64,000 nt of DNA, taken from contig OY969767.1 of NCBI GenBank assembly GCA_963702895.1, forward strand, positions 1,184,001-1,248,000, in the 5' to 3' direction. Source of the DNA: an uncultured Elusimicrobia bacterium (GTDB lineage Bacteria; Elusimicrobiota; Elusimicrobia; 2-01-FULL-59-12). Position numbers and translations under genes: made by a program. The notes beneath the pieces were generated by a model. That model did not search any database. It was not told the DNA's origin and saw only the letters and a list, made by a program, of their open reading frames with translations. Of this stretch, positions 52,321 to 61,091 are shown piece after piece; the first letter of the stretch is position 1; every line of letters starts with the position of its first letter.

Positions 52321-52951
52321 GAAAAGTGCGCGCCATTTGAACGAAATTACTCAAAAACCGAAGTCCTGGTTTCTGACTCTTTTCCGGGTGGAACTGAACG
52401 CCGATCAAGTGGTCGCGCTGAACCGCAGAAACGAATCCACCCGCATAAGCTGTCGTCGCAAGGGTATGTTCTGTTTGGGACGGATGAAATTGATAACTGT
52501 GCACAAAATAAAAGTCTGTCATATCCGTAATACCCTCAAAGAGCAGAGATGACTTGAGTTGCCGAACTTCATTCCAGCCAACGTGAGGTATTCTTTCATC
52601 CCTAGAGGTGGCTGCTAGTCGATTCACATATCCGGGGATGAGCCCAAGGCCTTGTGTCCGGCCCCCTTCTTCTCCCCAATCGGACAATAGCTGCATTCCT
52701 AGGCAGATGCCCAGGAGAGGCACGTTCCGTTCGAGGACCGTCTTCTTCAAGATAGGGATCCAACCAGCGTTGCCCAAACGTTTCATGCCATCGGCGTAGG
52801 CTCCGACACCTGGCAAGACAATGGCGTCCGCACTTGTGAGTGCATGGGGATCGTTTGAAACCATGGGGCAGGCACGGCACTCCTCAAGAGAGCGCTTTAA
52901 TGAACCCAGGTTCCCCATCCCGTAATCGATGAGGATGACTTTCATTGGCAT
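52313..52951 (-). CDS. HisH-like glutamine amidotransferase (WbuY-type)
   Basis: IDYGMGNLGS, LPGVG, GICLGMQ, PHVGWN, YFVHSY, QFHPEKS. Confidence 0.92.
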   Translation of the reverse strand: MPMKVILIDYGMGNLGSLKRSLEECRACPMVSNDPHALTSADAIVLPGVGAYADGMKRLGNAGWIPILKKTVLERNVPLLGICLGMQLLSDWGEEGGRTQGLGLIPGYVNRLAATSRDERIPHVGWNEVRQLKSSLLFEGITDMTDFYFVHSYQFHPSQTEHTLATTAYAGGFVSAVQRDHLIGVQFHPEKSQKPGLRFLSNFVQMARTFHA

Positions 52952-54104
52952 GATTCGCCTCGTTGTCGTAATTGATCTTGGTCAAATGACCATTCTGATC
53001 TTTCAGAAGGTTGCCTTTGGCGTCCTTAAGAAACAGCTTCTTATTAGTAAACCGGTCACAGATCTGGACAAACGTCTCAAGACTGAGATCAAGCGGTTGT
53101 AAGATCTCTTCCAAGGGTTTGCCTAAATAGGTCCAAGGAAACTTTCCGTCATGCTTCCGGACCAGATCCATGGCATCTTTCCTCAACAGGCGGCCGCGTC
53201 GGATGTGGAGGGAGGCGATGTCGCTGGCGCGTCCAAAGCCAAACTTCAAGAATTTAAAATAATCATGGATGCCGGTCTGATGATTGTCGAGGTTTTCATA
53301 ATTCACCAAAGAACCTTCGACCGTTGTCACGTGTGTTCGAAAGCCGTAGGCTTGCGCAACCAAGGCATTGGCATAACCATCCCAAGGGACGAAATAACCG
53401 AGGAAAAGGCCCGTGACACCGACTTTTTCGAGCTCCTGATCGGTCGGGTATTGATAGGGAATTAAATCGCGGAGTTGAATGCCGTCCTGGCCCACGAGGT
53501 CGGAGACTCGCAGTCCTAGCAATCCCCCAAACTCTTCCAACCATCGTCGATTCAGGACCCGGCCCTCACTGGCTGTCGCCGGCCCACCGTATTCATTTTG
53601 GGAGTTTTCTCCCCAGATGAGAAGCCGAATGCCAAATCGGACAGCCAATGATACGGGGAGGGTGAAAATCCCGACATGCTCAGGCCAGGAAATGTCTCCG
53701 ACCAACTCCAGCCCTATACGGTTGAGCTTCCTCCGGATGATGGGGTCTGGCGAAAAGGCGACATGATCGACCCCAAGGTTTTTAAGATTTTCGATATTCT
53801 GTCGACCGATCTCTGAGAGATTGCAGGTGGTCGAGGTCACACAAAGGGGCTTCATTCCATACTGCAGCATACGAATAACCTGATAAGTGCTGTCTTTACC
53901 TCCGCTTACAGGAATAATGCAGTCCCACGTCTGACCGTGGCTGCGGTATGGATCAAGGACCGAAAGCAGTTCCTTTTCTCGTGCGTTCCAATCGATGGAC
54001 TGCCGTTGTTCGTAGCTGCGGCATGCGTTGCAGATCTGCTGATCATCCATTCGGAGATCAGGTTTCGTGTCGGGCATCACACAACGTCGACAGTAGTGAA
54101 TCAT
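52884..54104 (-). CDS. N-acetyl sugar amidotransferase (WbuX/PseA-type)
   Basis: CRRCVMPDTKP, CNAC, PP-loop SGGKDS, WGEN..EYGG, HDYFKFLKFGFGRA. Confidence 0.92.
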   Translation of the reverse strand: MIHYCRRCVMPDTKPDLRMDDQQICNACRSYEQRQSIDWNAREKELLSVLDPYRSHGQTWDCIIPVSGGKDSTYQVIRMLQYGMKPLCVTSTTCNLSEIGRQNIENLKNLGVDHVAFSPDPIIRRKLNRIGLELVGDISWPEHVGIFTLPVSLAVRFGIRLLIWGENSQNEYGGPATASEGRVLNRRWLEEFGGLLGLRVSDLVGQDGIQLRDLIPYQYPTDQELEKVGVTGLFLGYFVPWDGYANALVAQAYGFRTHVTTVEGSLVNYENLDNHQTGIHDYFKFLKFGFGRASDIASLHIRRGRLLRKDAMDLVRKHDGKFPWTYLGKPLEEILQPLDLSLETFVQICDRFTNKKLFLKDAKGNLLKDQNGHLTKINYDNEANHANESHPHRLRDGEPGFIKALS

Positions 54105-54751
54105 GAGCATACCTCCGGGGACATGGAAGAAGTCCTTTTCTCGAGCAAAAACCACGTGAGATCATCTTGAGGAAAGGAAGGATCACGATGGTAAACAAAA
54201 CCATAGTCGCGCAGATGGAGATCGCGGAAACGTTCTAAGAGTTCACCCGCAAAATCACGTTTAAAGAGCTTGCCCTTGTGTCCACGATAGGGGATTTCGA
54301 CGGGTGTTGGGTTGTAGTACTCGACCACGCAGAGAAAGCGCCCGGCACACTGGTGCAAGAGATCATAGGTTTGAGAGAGCCGTTCGGGTGCCATATGGAT
54401 GAGGACGCCTTTGACCAGCACAAGATCTCTCGGATAATCCGGTTGAAAAGCGAGTATCGATTGGGGATAGACCTTGATGTCTTTGATCTTGCGCAGCTCG
54501 GCAGTTGCCGATGGATTAATTTCAATTGCAGAGAGCTTGACGCACGGGATCAACTGTCGGATCGCCATCAAGTTAAGACCGATATTAGAGCCAAATTCGA
54601 GGACGGAACGCACCCCGGTCGCATGCCTCAGAATCTTTGAGAAAAGAGCGACATTGCTGGATAAGAGGTTCTCTGTCTTATTGCGTTTCACATAGTCTGT
54701 GCCGAATTTGCCAGCCCAGAATCGCTCTTGGTCTGTCGTAAATGTTCTCAT
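54101..54751 (-). CDS. Pseudaminic acid biosynthesis-associated methylase
   Basis: QERFWAGKFG..Y..RN, LEFGSNIG, KGVLIH, EYYNPTP, YRGH, LFKRDFAGE. Confidence 0.88.
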   Translation of the reverse strand: MRTFTTDQERFWAGKFGTDYVKRNKTENLLSSNVALFSKILRHATGVRSVLEFGSNIGLNLMAIRQLIPCVKLSAIEINPSATAELRKIKDIKVYPQSILAFQPDYPRDLVLVKGVLIHMAPERLSQTYDLLHQCAGRFLCVVEYYNPTPVEIPYRGHKGKLFKRDFAGELLERFRDLHLRDYGFVYHRDPSFPQDDLTWFLLEKRTSSMSPEVCS

Positions 54752-55485
54752 AGGGTTTTTTGCTCCACGTGCGCATTGATTCGAACGAGTTCGGGATGGT
54801 TGGACAGCCAAGCAACGGCCTCTTTCCACGTGAACAAGGGGTTCTTCGGGATGAGGGCTTCGAGCATCTGTTTCACCAGTTCAAAATCCTCAAGCGTGTC
54901 AACCGCCCAGCGATAATGGCTCCAATCATCAGGTTGTTTATAGCTCCGGAGTCGAAATGATTCCGGGTGTTTGTAAATATAAGGCGTGACATGCTCTCGC
55001 TCCGATGGCAGGGTCGCATGCTTGTGAGCTTGTCGCAAGGCATGGATACTGAAGACTTCGCAATCAAGCCCTCGTGGATAGCTTCGCTCAAGGACATTGG
55101 ACGCATAATCGCATGGAGGGTTGACGCTCACATAATCACCGACGAGCTGATCGATAAGTCCCGGGTCAATCAACGGGCAATCGGACGTGACACGCACGAC
55201 ATGGTCAGCTTTGTAGGCTTCAGCCGCACCCAGGAAGCGCTCGAGGACATCATGTTGCGATCCACGATAATAAGGCTGATGGTGTTTCTCGCAAAAGTCG
55301 ACCAGGGGCGCATCGGATTCTTCTCGCGTCATGGCCACGATCACCCCATCCGCACGCCGGGTAGATTTCAGCCGTTCTAAATGGTGTTGGAGCAGTGGCT
55401 TTCCCAAGACCATCTTCAGGACTTTGCCAGGAAGGCGCGTTGAGTCCATGCGTGCCTGGGTGATGATGATGGTTTTCGGCGACAT
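54748..55485 (-). CDS. SpsF-type cytidylyltransferase (probable PseF role)
   Basis: QARMDSTRLPGKVL, GSQHDVL, RVTSDCPLID, YPRGLD, REHVT, VDTLEDF. Confidence 0.9.
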   Translation of the reverse strand: MSPKTIIITQARMDSTRLPGKVLKMVLGKPLLQHHLERLKSTRRADGVIVAMTREESDAPLVDFCEKHHQPYYRGSQHDVLERFLGAAEAYKADHVVRVTSDCPLIDPGLIDQLVGDYVSVNPPCDYASNVLERSYPRGLDCEVFSIHALRQAHKHATLPSEREHVTPYIYKHPESFRLRSYKQPDDWSHYRWAVDTLEDFELVKQMLEALIPKNPLFTWKEAVAWLSNHPELVRINAHVEQKTL

Positions 55486-55488
55486 GGA

Positions 55489-56502
55489 TTAAAAGACCGG
55501 AGAGGCAGCTTTGATATGCATCTCAGCAGCCACGTTGTTGATGAGTGCATCAAGATCATCACCGGAAAGCCACTGGGTGTTTTGATCACTTGAATAACGG
55601 AAATGGTCTGGGAGTTTCTTCCCCCCTTTCCAATGATCGCCGCTCCACCAATCATGCTCTGGCTCGATAATGTACTTGTCAGCCAACTCAATACTGTGTC
55701 GCGATTCTTCTTCCGTCAAAAGGACTTCGTGAAGTTTCTCTCCAGCGCGTATGCCGATTTCCTTGATGCTGCAGTCGGGGCCGATTTTCTTTGCCAAGTC
55801 AATCATTCGTAGACTTGGAATCTTAGGGACAAAGATTTCTCCGCCGTGAACATGGGCCAGAGCATCCAAAACCAGTGCAATCGCCTGGTCCATCGTGATC
55901 CAAAAACGAGTCATACGCTGATCGGTCAAGGTCAGTTGGCCCGTGGCGCGTTGTTTTAAAAAAAGCGGAATCACACTCCCACGGCTCCCCACGACATTGC
56001 CATAGCGAACGATGCCGAATCTGGTGGGCGCGCCTCCAATATAAGCATTGGCATCGACGAAAAGCTTTTCAGCGCACAATTTTGTCGCGCCGTACAAGTT
56101 GCAGGGGTTGACCGCTTTGTCTGTACTGAGCGCGATGACGGTCTGGACTCCGCAGTCGATGGCGGCATTGATAATGTTTTGAGCTCCGAGGACATTGGTC
56201 TTGATGGCTTCGAAGGGGTTGTATTCGAGGGTAGGGACTTGTTTGAGGGCAGCCGCGTGTATGACGCAGTCCACGCCTCGAAAGGCCCGATATAAACGTT
56301 CGCTGTCACGAACATCACCGAGAAAGAAACGCAGGGCTGGGTGTTCCCCATACTGCTGCTTAATCTCAAACTGCTTCAGCTCATCACGACTGAAGATAAT
56401 TACTTTCTTGGGGTAGTGTTGGGTCAGCAGTGTCTGGATGAACTTCTTCCCAAAAGAGCCGGTCCCTCCAGTCACCAAGATGGTCTTTTCTTTGAGGTTC
56501 AT
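55489..56502 (-). CDS. pseB: UDP-GlcNAc 4,6-dehydratase (inverting)
   Basis: TGGTGSFG, SRDELKQ, HAAALKQVP, LSTDKA, NLYGATK, RYGNVVGSRGSV, MTRFW. Confidence 0.95.
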   Translation of the reverse strand: MNLKEKTILVTGGTGSFGKKFIQTLLTQHYPKKVIIFSRDELKQFEIKQQYGEHPALRFFLGDVRDSERLYRAFRGVDCVIHAAALKQVPTLEYNPFEAIKTNVLGAQNIINAAIDCGVQTVIALSTDKAVNPCNLYGATKLCAEKLFVDANAYIGGAPTRFGIVRYGNVVGSRGSVIPLFLKQRATGQLTLTDQRMTRFWITMDQAIALVLDALAHVHGGEIFVPKIPSLRMIDLAKKIGPDCSIKEIGIRAGEKLHEVLLTEEESRHSIELADKYIIEPEHDWWSGDHWKGGKKLPDHFRYSSDQNTQWLSGDDLDALINNVAAEMHIKAASPVF

Positions 56503-57671
56503 CGGGTACCTCCATGAGTTGGGAGTGACACAGCGTCTGTGATGCATCGAAGAACGTGCTCGGCCATGGCGTGTGTCATGGTCGGAAAAATAGGGAGAGA
56601 CAGAAGTCGTGAAAAGGTGGCTTCACTCTGCGGGCAATCGCCTGGTCGCCAACCCATACGATGATAATAGGAATGCAGGTGGATCGGTCTGTAGTGTACA
56701 TGGACGCCAATCCCTTTGGATCGCAACTGAGAAAACACTTCATCCCGCTCGAGACCCAGTTGTTCGGTCAATAGGCGAATAATGTAGAGGTGCCAGGCAT
56801 GTTTATCCCCAGGACGCGCGTGGGGTGGGCGCTGGATGGCTTTGATCTTTCCAAGGCCCTCATCGTAGCTCTTCGCGATCGTTTCACGGCAGTCCAGAAA
56901 GCGGTTCAACTTGCAAAGTTGTGAGATACCCAGCGCGGATTGAAGATCAGAGAGGCGATAGTTATATCCAAGCTCGGTCATGTCATAGCGCCACGATTGT
57001 CTGGCATCTCGATCTCGAACATCGATATCAATGCCGTGGTGGCGGAATTGGCGCAAACGACGGGCCAGATCGGCGTGAGGTGTCGTGACCGCTCCCCCCT
57101 CAGCGGTGGTAATGGACTTGACCGGATGAAAACTGAAGACGGTCATATCGGAAATGGAACCGATCATTTTGCCTTGGTGGATGGCACCAAAGGCATGCGC
57201 TGCATCCTCAATCACCAGAAGTCCTTGTTCTTGAGCAAAACGATGAACGGCGTCCAGATCGACAGGTTCTCCAGCAAAATGCACAGGAACGATCGCCTTG
57301 GTCCGAGTGCTGACCTTTCTTCGCGCATCTTCAAGGTCAAGGTTAAAGCCGTCACGAACAGAATCGACAAAGACAGGTTTAGCCCCAACATAGAGTGCCG
57401 CGTTGGCGGTCGCCAGAAAAGACATGGTTGGCACCAGGATTTCATCCCCTTGCCCAATTCCTGCAACCGCATAAGCCGCGTGAAGTGCAGCCGTACCGGA
57501 CGAGAACGTGACGGCATGCGCTACAGAAAGTCTTTGTTCGATGACCAATTCGAATTCTCGGACTTTAGGGCCTGTGGTGAGATAAGCAGAGCGCAGCACG
57601 TCGACGACTGCTTGCACGTCATCTTCTTCAATCGTCTGGCGCCCGTAAGGGATGAAATCAGGGGGATTCAT
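56499..57671 (-). CDS. pseC: UDP-4-amino-4,6-dideoxy-AltNAc transaminase
   Basis: IPYGRQ, LTTGP, EDAAHA, FSFHPVKSITTAEGG, GYNYRLSD. Confidence 0.92.
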   Translation of the reverse strand: MNPPDFIPYGRQTIEEDDVQAVVDVLRSAYLTTGPKVREFELVIEQRLSVAHAVTFSSGTAALHAAYAVAGIGQGDEILVPTMSFLATANAALYVGAKPVFVDSVRDGFNLDLEDARRKVSTRTKAIVPVHFAGEPVDLDAVHRFAQEQGLLVIEDAAHAFGAIHQGKMIGSISDMTVFSFHPVKSITTAEGGAVTTPHADLARRLRQFRHHGIDIDVRDRDARQSWRYDMTELGYNYRLSDLQSALGISQLCKLNRFLDCRETIAKSYDEGLGKIKAIQRPPHARPGDKHAWHLYIIRLLTEQLGLERDEVFSQLRSKGIGVHVHYRPIHLHSYYHRMGWRPGDCPQSEATFSRLLSLPIFPTMTHAMAEHVLRCITDAVSLPTHGGTR

Positions 57672-58255
57672 CGTATGTCTCGCGTGGTCGCTCGAGTTCC
57701 TTGCACCTTCAACCTCTCCGTCAGTGTGCTCATAATATTGATCGTATTTCTGGAATCGCTTAAATTGGGCTTCTGGTTTGTCGAAGCGTCTATGACGAGC
57801 GTCTTATCGTCTTGCATGGCAGGCGGTTGTAACGAAGAATCAACGATGCAAGCAGTGCCCGAACAAAGCTCTTGTAAGATCGTTCGTACGAGATCCGCAA
57901 GATCCCCTTGGCCAACCACAATGATTCGACGAATGCCGGGATGGAATTCTTCTTGGAGAAGACTCCGGATCTGGGCTCGGATGAGGCCAAAGCTCTCGAT
58001 GGTCTTGAGCGTGTAGTGATAGGTCTTCTGAGCCTTTTGGGCTATGCTGCGAGGCGTGACGAGGTATTCGACTTTCTTACGGTTGAGCTGCTTGATGCGC
58101 AGAAACCCTTTCGTCGCAAGACGTCTTAAGAGAAGATTGGTCATCCCCAGAGATAATCCGACATGATGGGACAGTTCCCTCTGATTGGCGCGAAAGCCAT
58201 CAGCGAGAACATTGATAATCTCGAATTCTTTTTCAGTGAGTATCGTTTTGTTCAA
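57668..58255 (-). CDS. MarR-family EPS-associated winged-helix regulator
   Basis: NQRELSHHVGLSLGMTNLLLRRLATKG...YLVTP; TTG start. Confidence 0.88.
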   Translation of the reverse strand: MNKTILTEKEFEIINVLADGFRANQRELSHHVGLSLGMTNLLLRRLATKGFLRIKQLNRKKVEYLVTPRSIAQKAQKTYHYTLKTIESFGLIRAQIRSLLQEEFHPGIRRIIVVGQGDLADLVRTILQELCSGTACIVDSSLQPPAMQDDKTLVIDASTNQKPNLSDSRNTINIMSTLTERLKVQGTRATTRDIR

Positions 58256-58270
58256 TGAGTGAACATTATA
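58249..58270 (-). promoter_or_regulatory. -10 box (TATAAT) plus palindromic operator TGTTCA-N5-TGAACA over the regulator start codon
   Basis: tgttca atgag tgaaca at 58249-58265; attata at 58265-58270. Confidence 0.65.
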
Positions 58271-58427
58271 TTAAAAATACGAGTATAACGGTGCAGTAAA
58301 CAAATAGAAATCGAAACGGTGGTCACATGTACATCTGGAAATACGCTATGCACGCCCTAGACGATAGAACGACAGTCCTTTATGAAGAAGACGACAACCA
58401 GATAGAAGTAGGAATACTGCAGGAAAG

Positions 58428-59495
58428 TTAAAGATCATGCCTCGAAGTGGACTTTTTCAAGAACAAGACGATCGAGTCCATGCTTAGCGCTGCTAAGAGC
58501 GAAGCAAATGGCATGACCCAAACAAATTGTCTTTGAAGGAACCAATAGGATCCCTTGATATCTTGAAGGAACAAGATGGCAATAGGAATGGCAATCAAAC
58601 AGATCATATAGAGAATACGCCTGCTTCGGCCTGGCAGAGGCAGGGCGACGCCTCCTGCGATCAGGAGCGCAGGCAATAGCCAGCCATAGCGGATGGAGAT
58701 ATCACCGAGATTGGCGACGACGAACTTCAAAACCGACACCGCACCTTCTCCGGAAAACTCGAAAGTATCGACACCATATTGGAATCCAAATGAAGACCGT
58801 ATGAAATACCAAAGTGGGAGCAGGCTGATGAAAACCCCGGCGATCGTGGGGGCAAGAAGACGCTTGAGAGCTTGGAGTCGGTCTGCACGTGTGTGATTGT
58901 AAGCCCAGACGGAATAGCCAACCACAACCAGGCACATCCAAAGCCCGTACGCATGAAAAAGGAGCGTGAAGGAGACGAGTGCCGCCCAGGCATAAGGCAT
59001 GGGTTTTGACCAGGAGCGCCCCACCGTATTCCATTGACTCGAAACCCAATACAGGCAGAGCGCAAGCGCGGGGAGAACGGCATACGGGCGTAGTTCGAGC
59101 GCATGGAAAATGAGATTGGAATTAAAGGTGAATAGACTCAAGGCCACGAACCGACCCGGCAGAGTGACAATATCGCGTCGGACAATAAGAAAATACAAAC
59201 CGTAGGTGATCAGCAAGGCGCTCGCGTGGGGGATGGCCAGAACCCACTTGTTGGTCGAAAATTGCGCTAAGGGCTATGTCAACAGATAATCACCGGGGTA
59301 ACCGCCCGGGATGCCGGGCAGATAAACGGTCAAGAGATTGCGCAGGGGCATCGCCAGGCTGCGTAATTGCTCTAGTTCGTCTACCCATAGCGAACGGCCA
59401 TAGAGACTTTGCCAACGCAAGAATAGACCAATGGGCGCCAATGTGAGAAACATGGCGTTGTAGGGGTCTTTTAGACGAAGCCAGAGGCGTTTCAT
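58428..59495 (-). pseudogene. GT-C-like (PMT/ArnT-type) membrane glycosyltransferase interrupted by one in-frame TAG
   Basis: ORFs 59274-59537 and 58428-59216 share a frame; ...RSLWVDE...GDYLLT*PLAQFSTNKWVLAIPHASALL...ELRPYA...; stop at 59274-59276. Confidence 0.75.
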
Positions 59496-61075
59496 GAGGA
59501 TGGCCCATCGTAAATCGGTAGCTCGGGCAGAATCCACATCGTGTCTCGGTCTACGACCCGGACCATGGACTCCGCATACGCTGCTTCTTTCCTATCCACA
59601 CGGAGACGAGCACCTTGCGGCAGCTTCTCGGTCGTTTCTTTAAGCTGTCTGTCAACGGCTCGAATTGGGAGGGTGGGTAAGCGCAGGACATCATCACCAT
59701 GCGTCCGATAGACTGAAACGGAGGTCATCAAGAGGGCGAGGGAGAGGCCCCAACGCATCAAGAATCGATCAGAAAATAATCTTTCTGAGAGTGTCAAGAT
59801 CAACATCAGCAGTAAGGAGACGTAGAACCAGCGTGATTGCTGACTTCCCATCCACCATGTGGCCCACCAGAAGACCACGATCCAAGCAAAAAACGACAAT
59901 TCCCGCTGCTTGAGCGATCGCAGGAACAAGAAAACGAATGGGCCAAGGCAGAGTAAATAAGGCAGACCAAGTGGATAATCAAAACGATTATTGACACCTT
60001 GCTTGGGTACGGCCAGCGCCCAGAAGTGGCTCAAGAAAGCTTTTAACGATCTGCCTTCACCATAATCGTCACGTGTTTGGTGGTGAGATCGGGCTGATTC
60101 AAGCACGGCTTGTTTGGTGACGGGTGATTCCGACAATTTCCCATTCCAATGGAAAGTGGCAAAGGGAAACAGGGGTGTCCCAACTTCTCTCATGGACTTG
60201 GCGATGAAGGGGCCGCCAATGAATAAACTCAATATGGCCCAGACCAGCAAGACTCGTCGCCAAGGAATCGATGGCAATGGCCTATGCTCCTGAAATCCTA
60301 GCATCCACCTCCCATCCATGAATCGCCGGGTCATCTCCAGAGCGAGAAAGCCCAGTAACAAAAGAGTGATTTGAATCGGCATGAAGGCTTTGGACCAGAA
60401 TAAGAATGTGAACTCGACACTGCCGATGATCCAATTCTTATTGAGGAGGCTATCGAGACAGGCCAGAGCAAGGTAGGCAATGGAGATGTCCAGCATAGCA
60501 AGACCAAACTGGACCGCAAGACCATGTGATCCTACGATGGCGCTCAGGAGCAAGAGGCTGGGAGGGTTCTTTTGAGGCGCTACTTTGCGAAGCATAGAGA
60601 GACTCACCAAAAGTAAGCCAACAAGAAAAATGAACTGTGGGAACTTGTTTGGCCATGGTGTGGAGAACCAAAAGGGGGCCAGCGAGAACTGTAGAGGCAA
60701 TGGCCATAAATCGGCTATGGCCCAGGGCATGTGTTCAAAGGTGCCAGAAATGAGATGCTGCCGTGGCATCGTGAGGTGGTAATTCAAAGCATCGATTTCT
60801 TGAATGAGATGGGGTGGCAAAAGAGAGGCCACGCATGCGATCGTAAGAATCACAAGAATTAAGAGGATATTCAGGTGGTCAGGTATCGTTCGACGAGCGT
60901 GTGACTTTAGGAGTGGGATGACTCCTTTATCTTTCCAGCCTACATGGACGGCCACGAGCAGGAAGAGGGCGGGCGCAAGGGCCGAACTGTGCGCTCCCGG
61001 GCGGAGATACATCTCGAGCCAAAAGATGGGATAGCCAATGATTAAGAGCCACGTAGGTAGATGCCCGATTCTCAT
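59492..61075 (-). CDS. Polytopic membrane protein, GT-C-like
   Basis: Many TM helices; DALNYHL..P, SQQSRW motifs; start uncertain. Confidence 0.6.
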   Translation of the reverse strand: MRIGHLPTWLLIIGYPIFWLEMYLRPGAHSSALAPALFLLVAVHVGWKDKGVIPLLKSHARRTIPDHLNILLILVILTIACVASLLPPHLIQEIDALNYHLTMPRQHLISGTFEHMPWAIADLWPLPLQFSLAPFWFSTPWPNKFPQFIFLVGLLLVSLSMLRKVAPQKNPPSLLLLSAIVGSHGLAVQFGLAMLDISIAYLALACLDSLLNKNWIIGSVEFTFLFWSKAFMPIQITLLLLGFLALEMTRRFMDGRWMLGFQEHRPLPSIPWRRVLLVWAILSLFIGGPFIAKSMREVGTPLFPFATFHWNGKLSESPVTKQAVLESARSHHQTRDDYGEGRSLKAFLSHFWALAVPKQGVNNRFDYPLGLPYLLCLGPFVFLFLRSLKQRELSFFAWIVVFWWATWWMGSQQSRWFYVSLLLMLILTLSERLFSDRFLMRWGLSLALLMTSVSVYRTHGDDVLRLPTLPIRAVDRQLKETTEKLPQGARLRVDRKEAAYAESMVRVVDRDTMWILPELPIYDGPSS

Positions 61076-61091
61076 GCCATGGAGCTCGATG

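Noticed and set aside
51529..52951. Histidine biosynthesis operon
   Set aside because: hisF/hisH paralogs adjoin a WbuX-type gene inside a glycan cluster, with no other his genes
52884..52951. 68-bp overlap of the WbuX-like tail with the hisH-like gene
   Set aside because: Probably a drifted stop codon; no sign of programmed frameshifting
56940..58016. 358-aa plus-strand ORF and other long antisense ORFs
   Set aside because: Shadows of well-supported minus-strand genes, with no recognisable motifs
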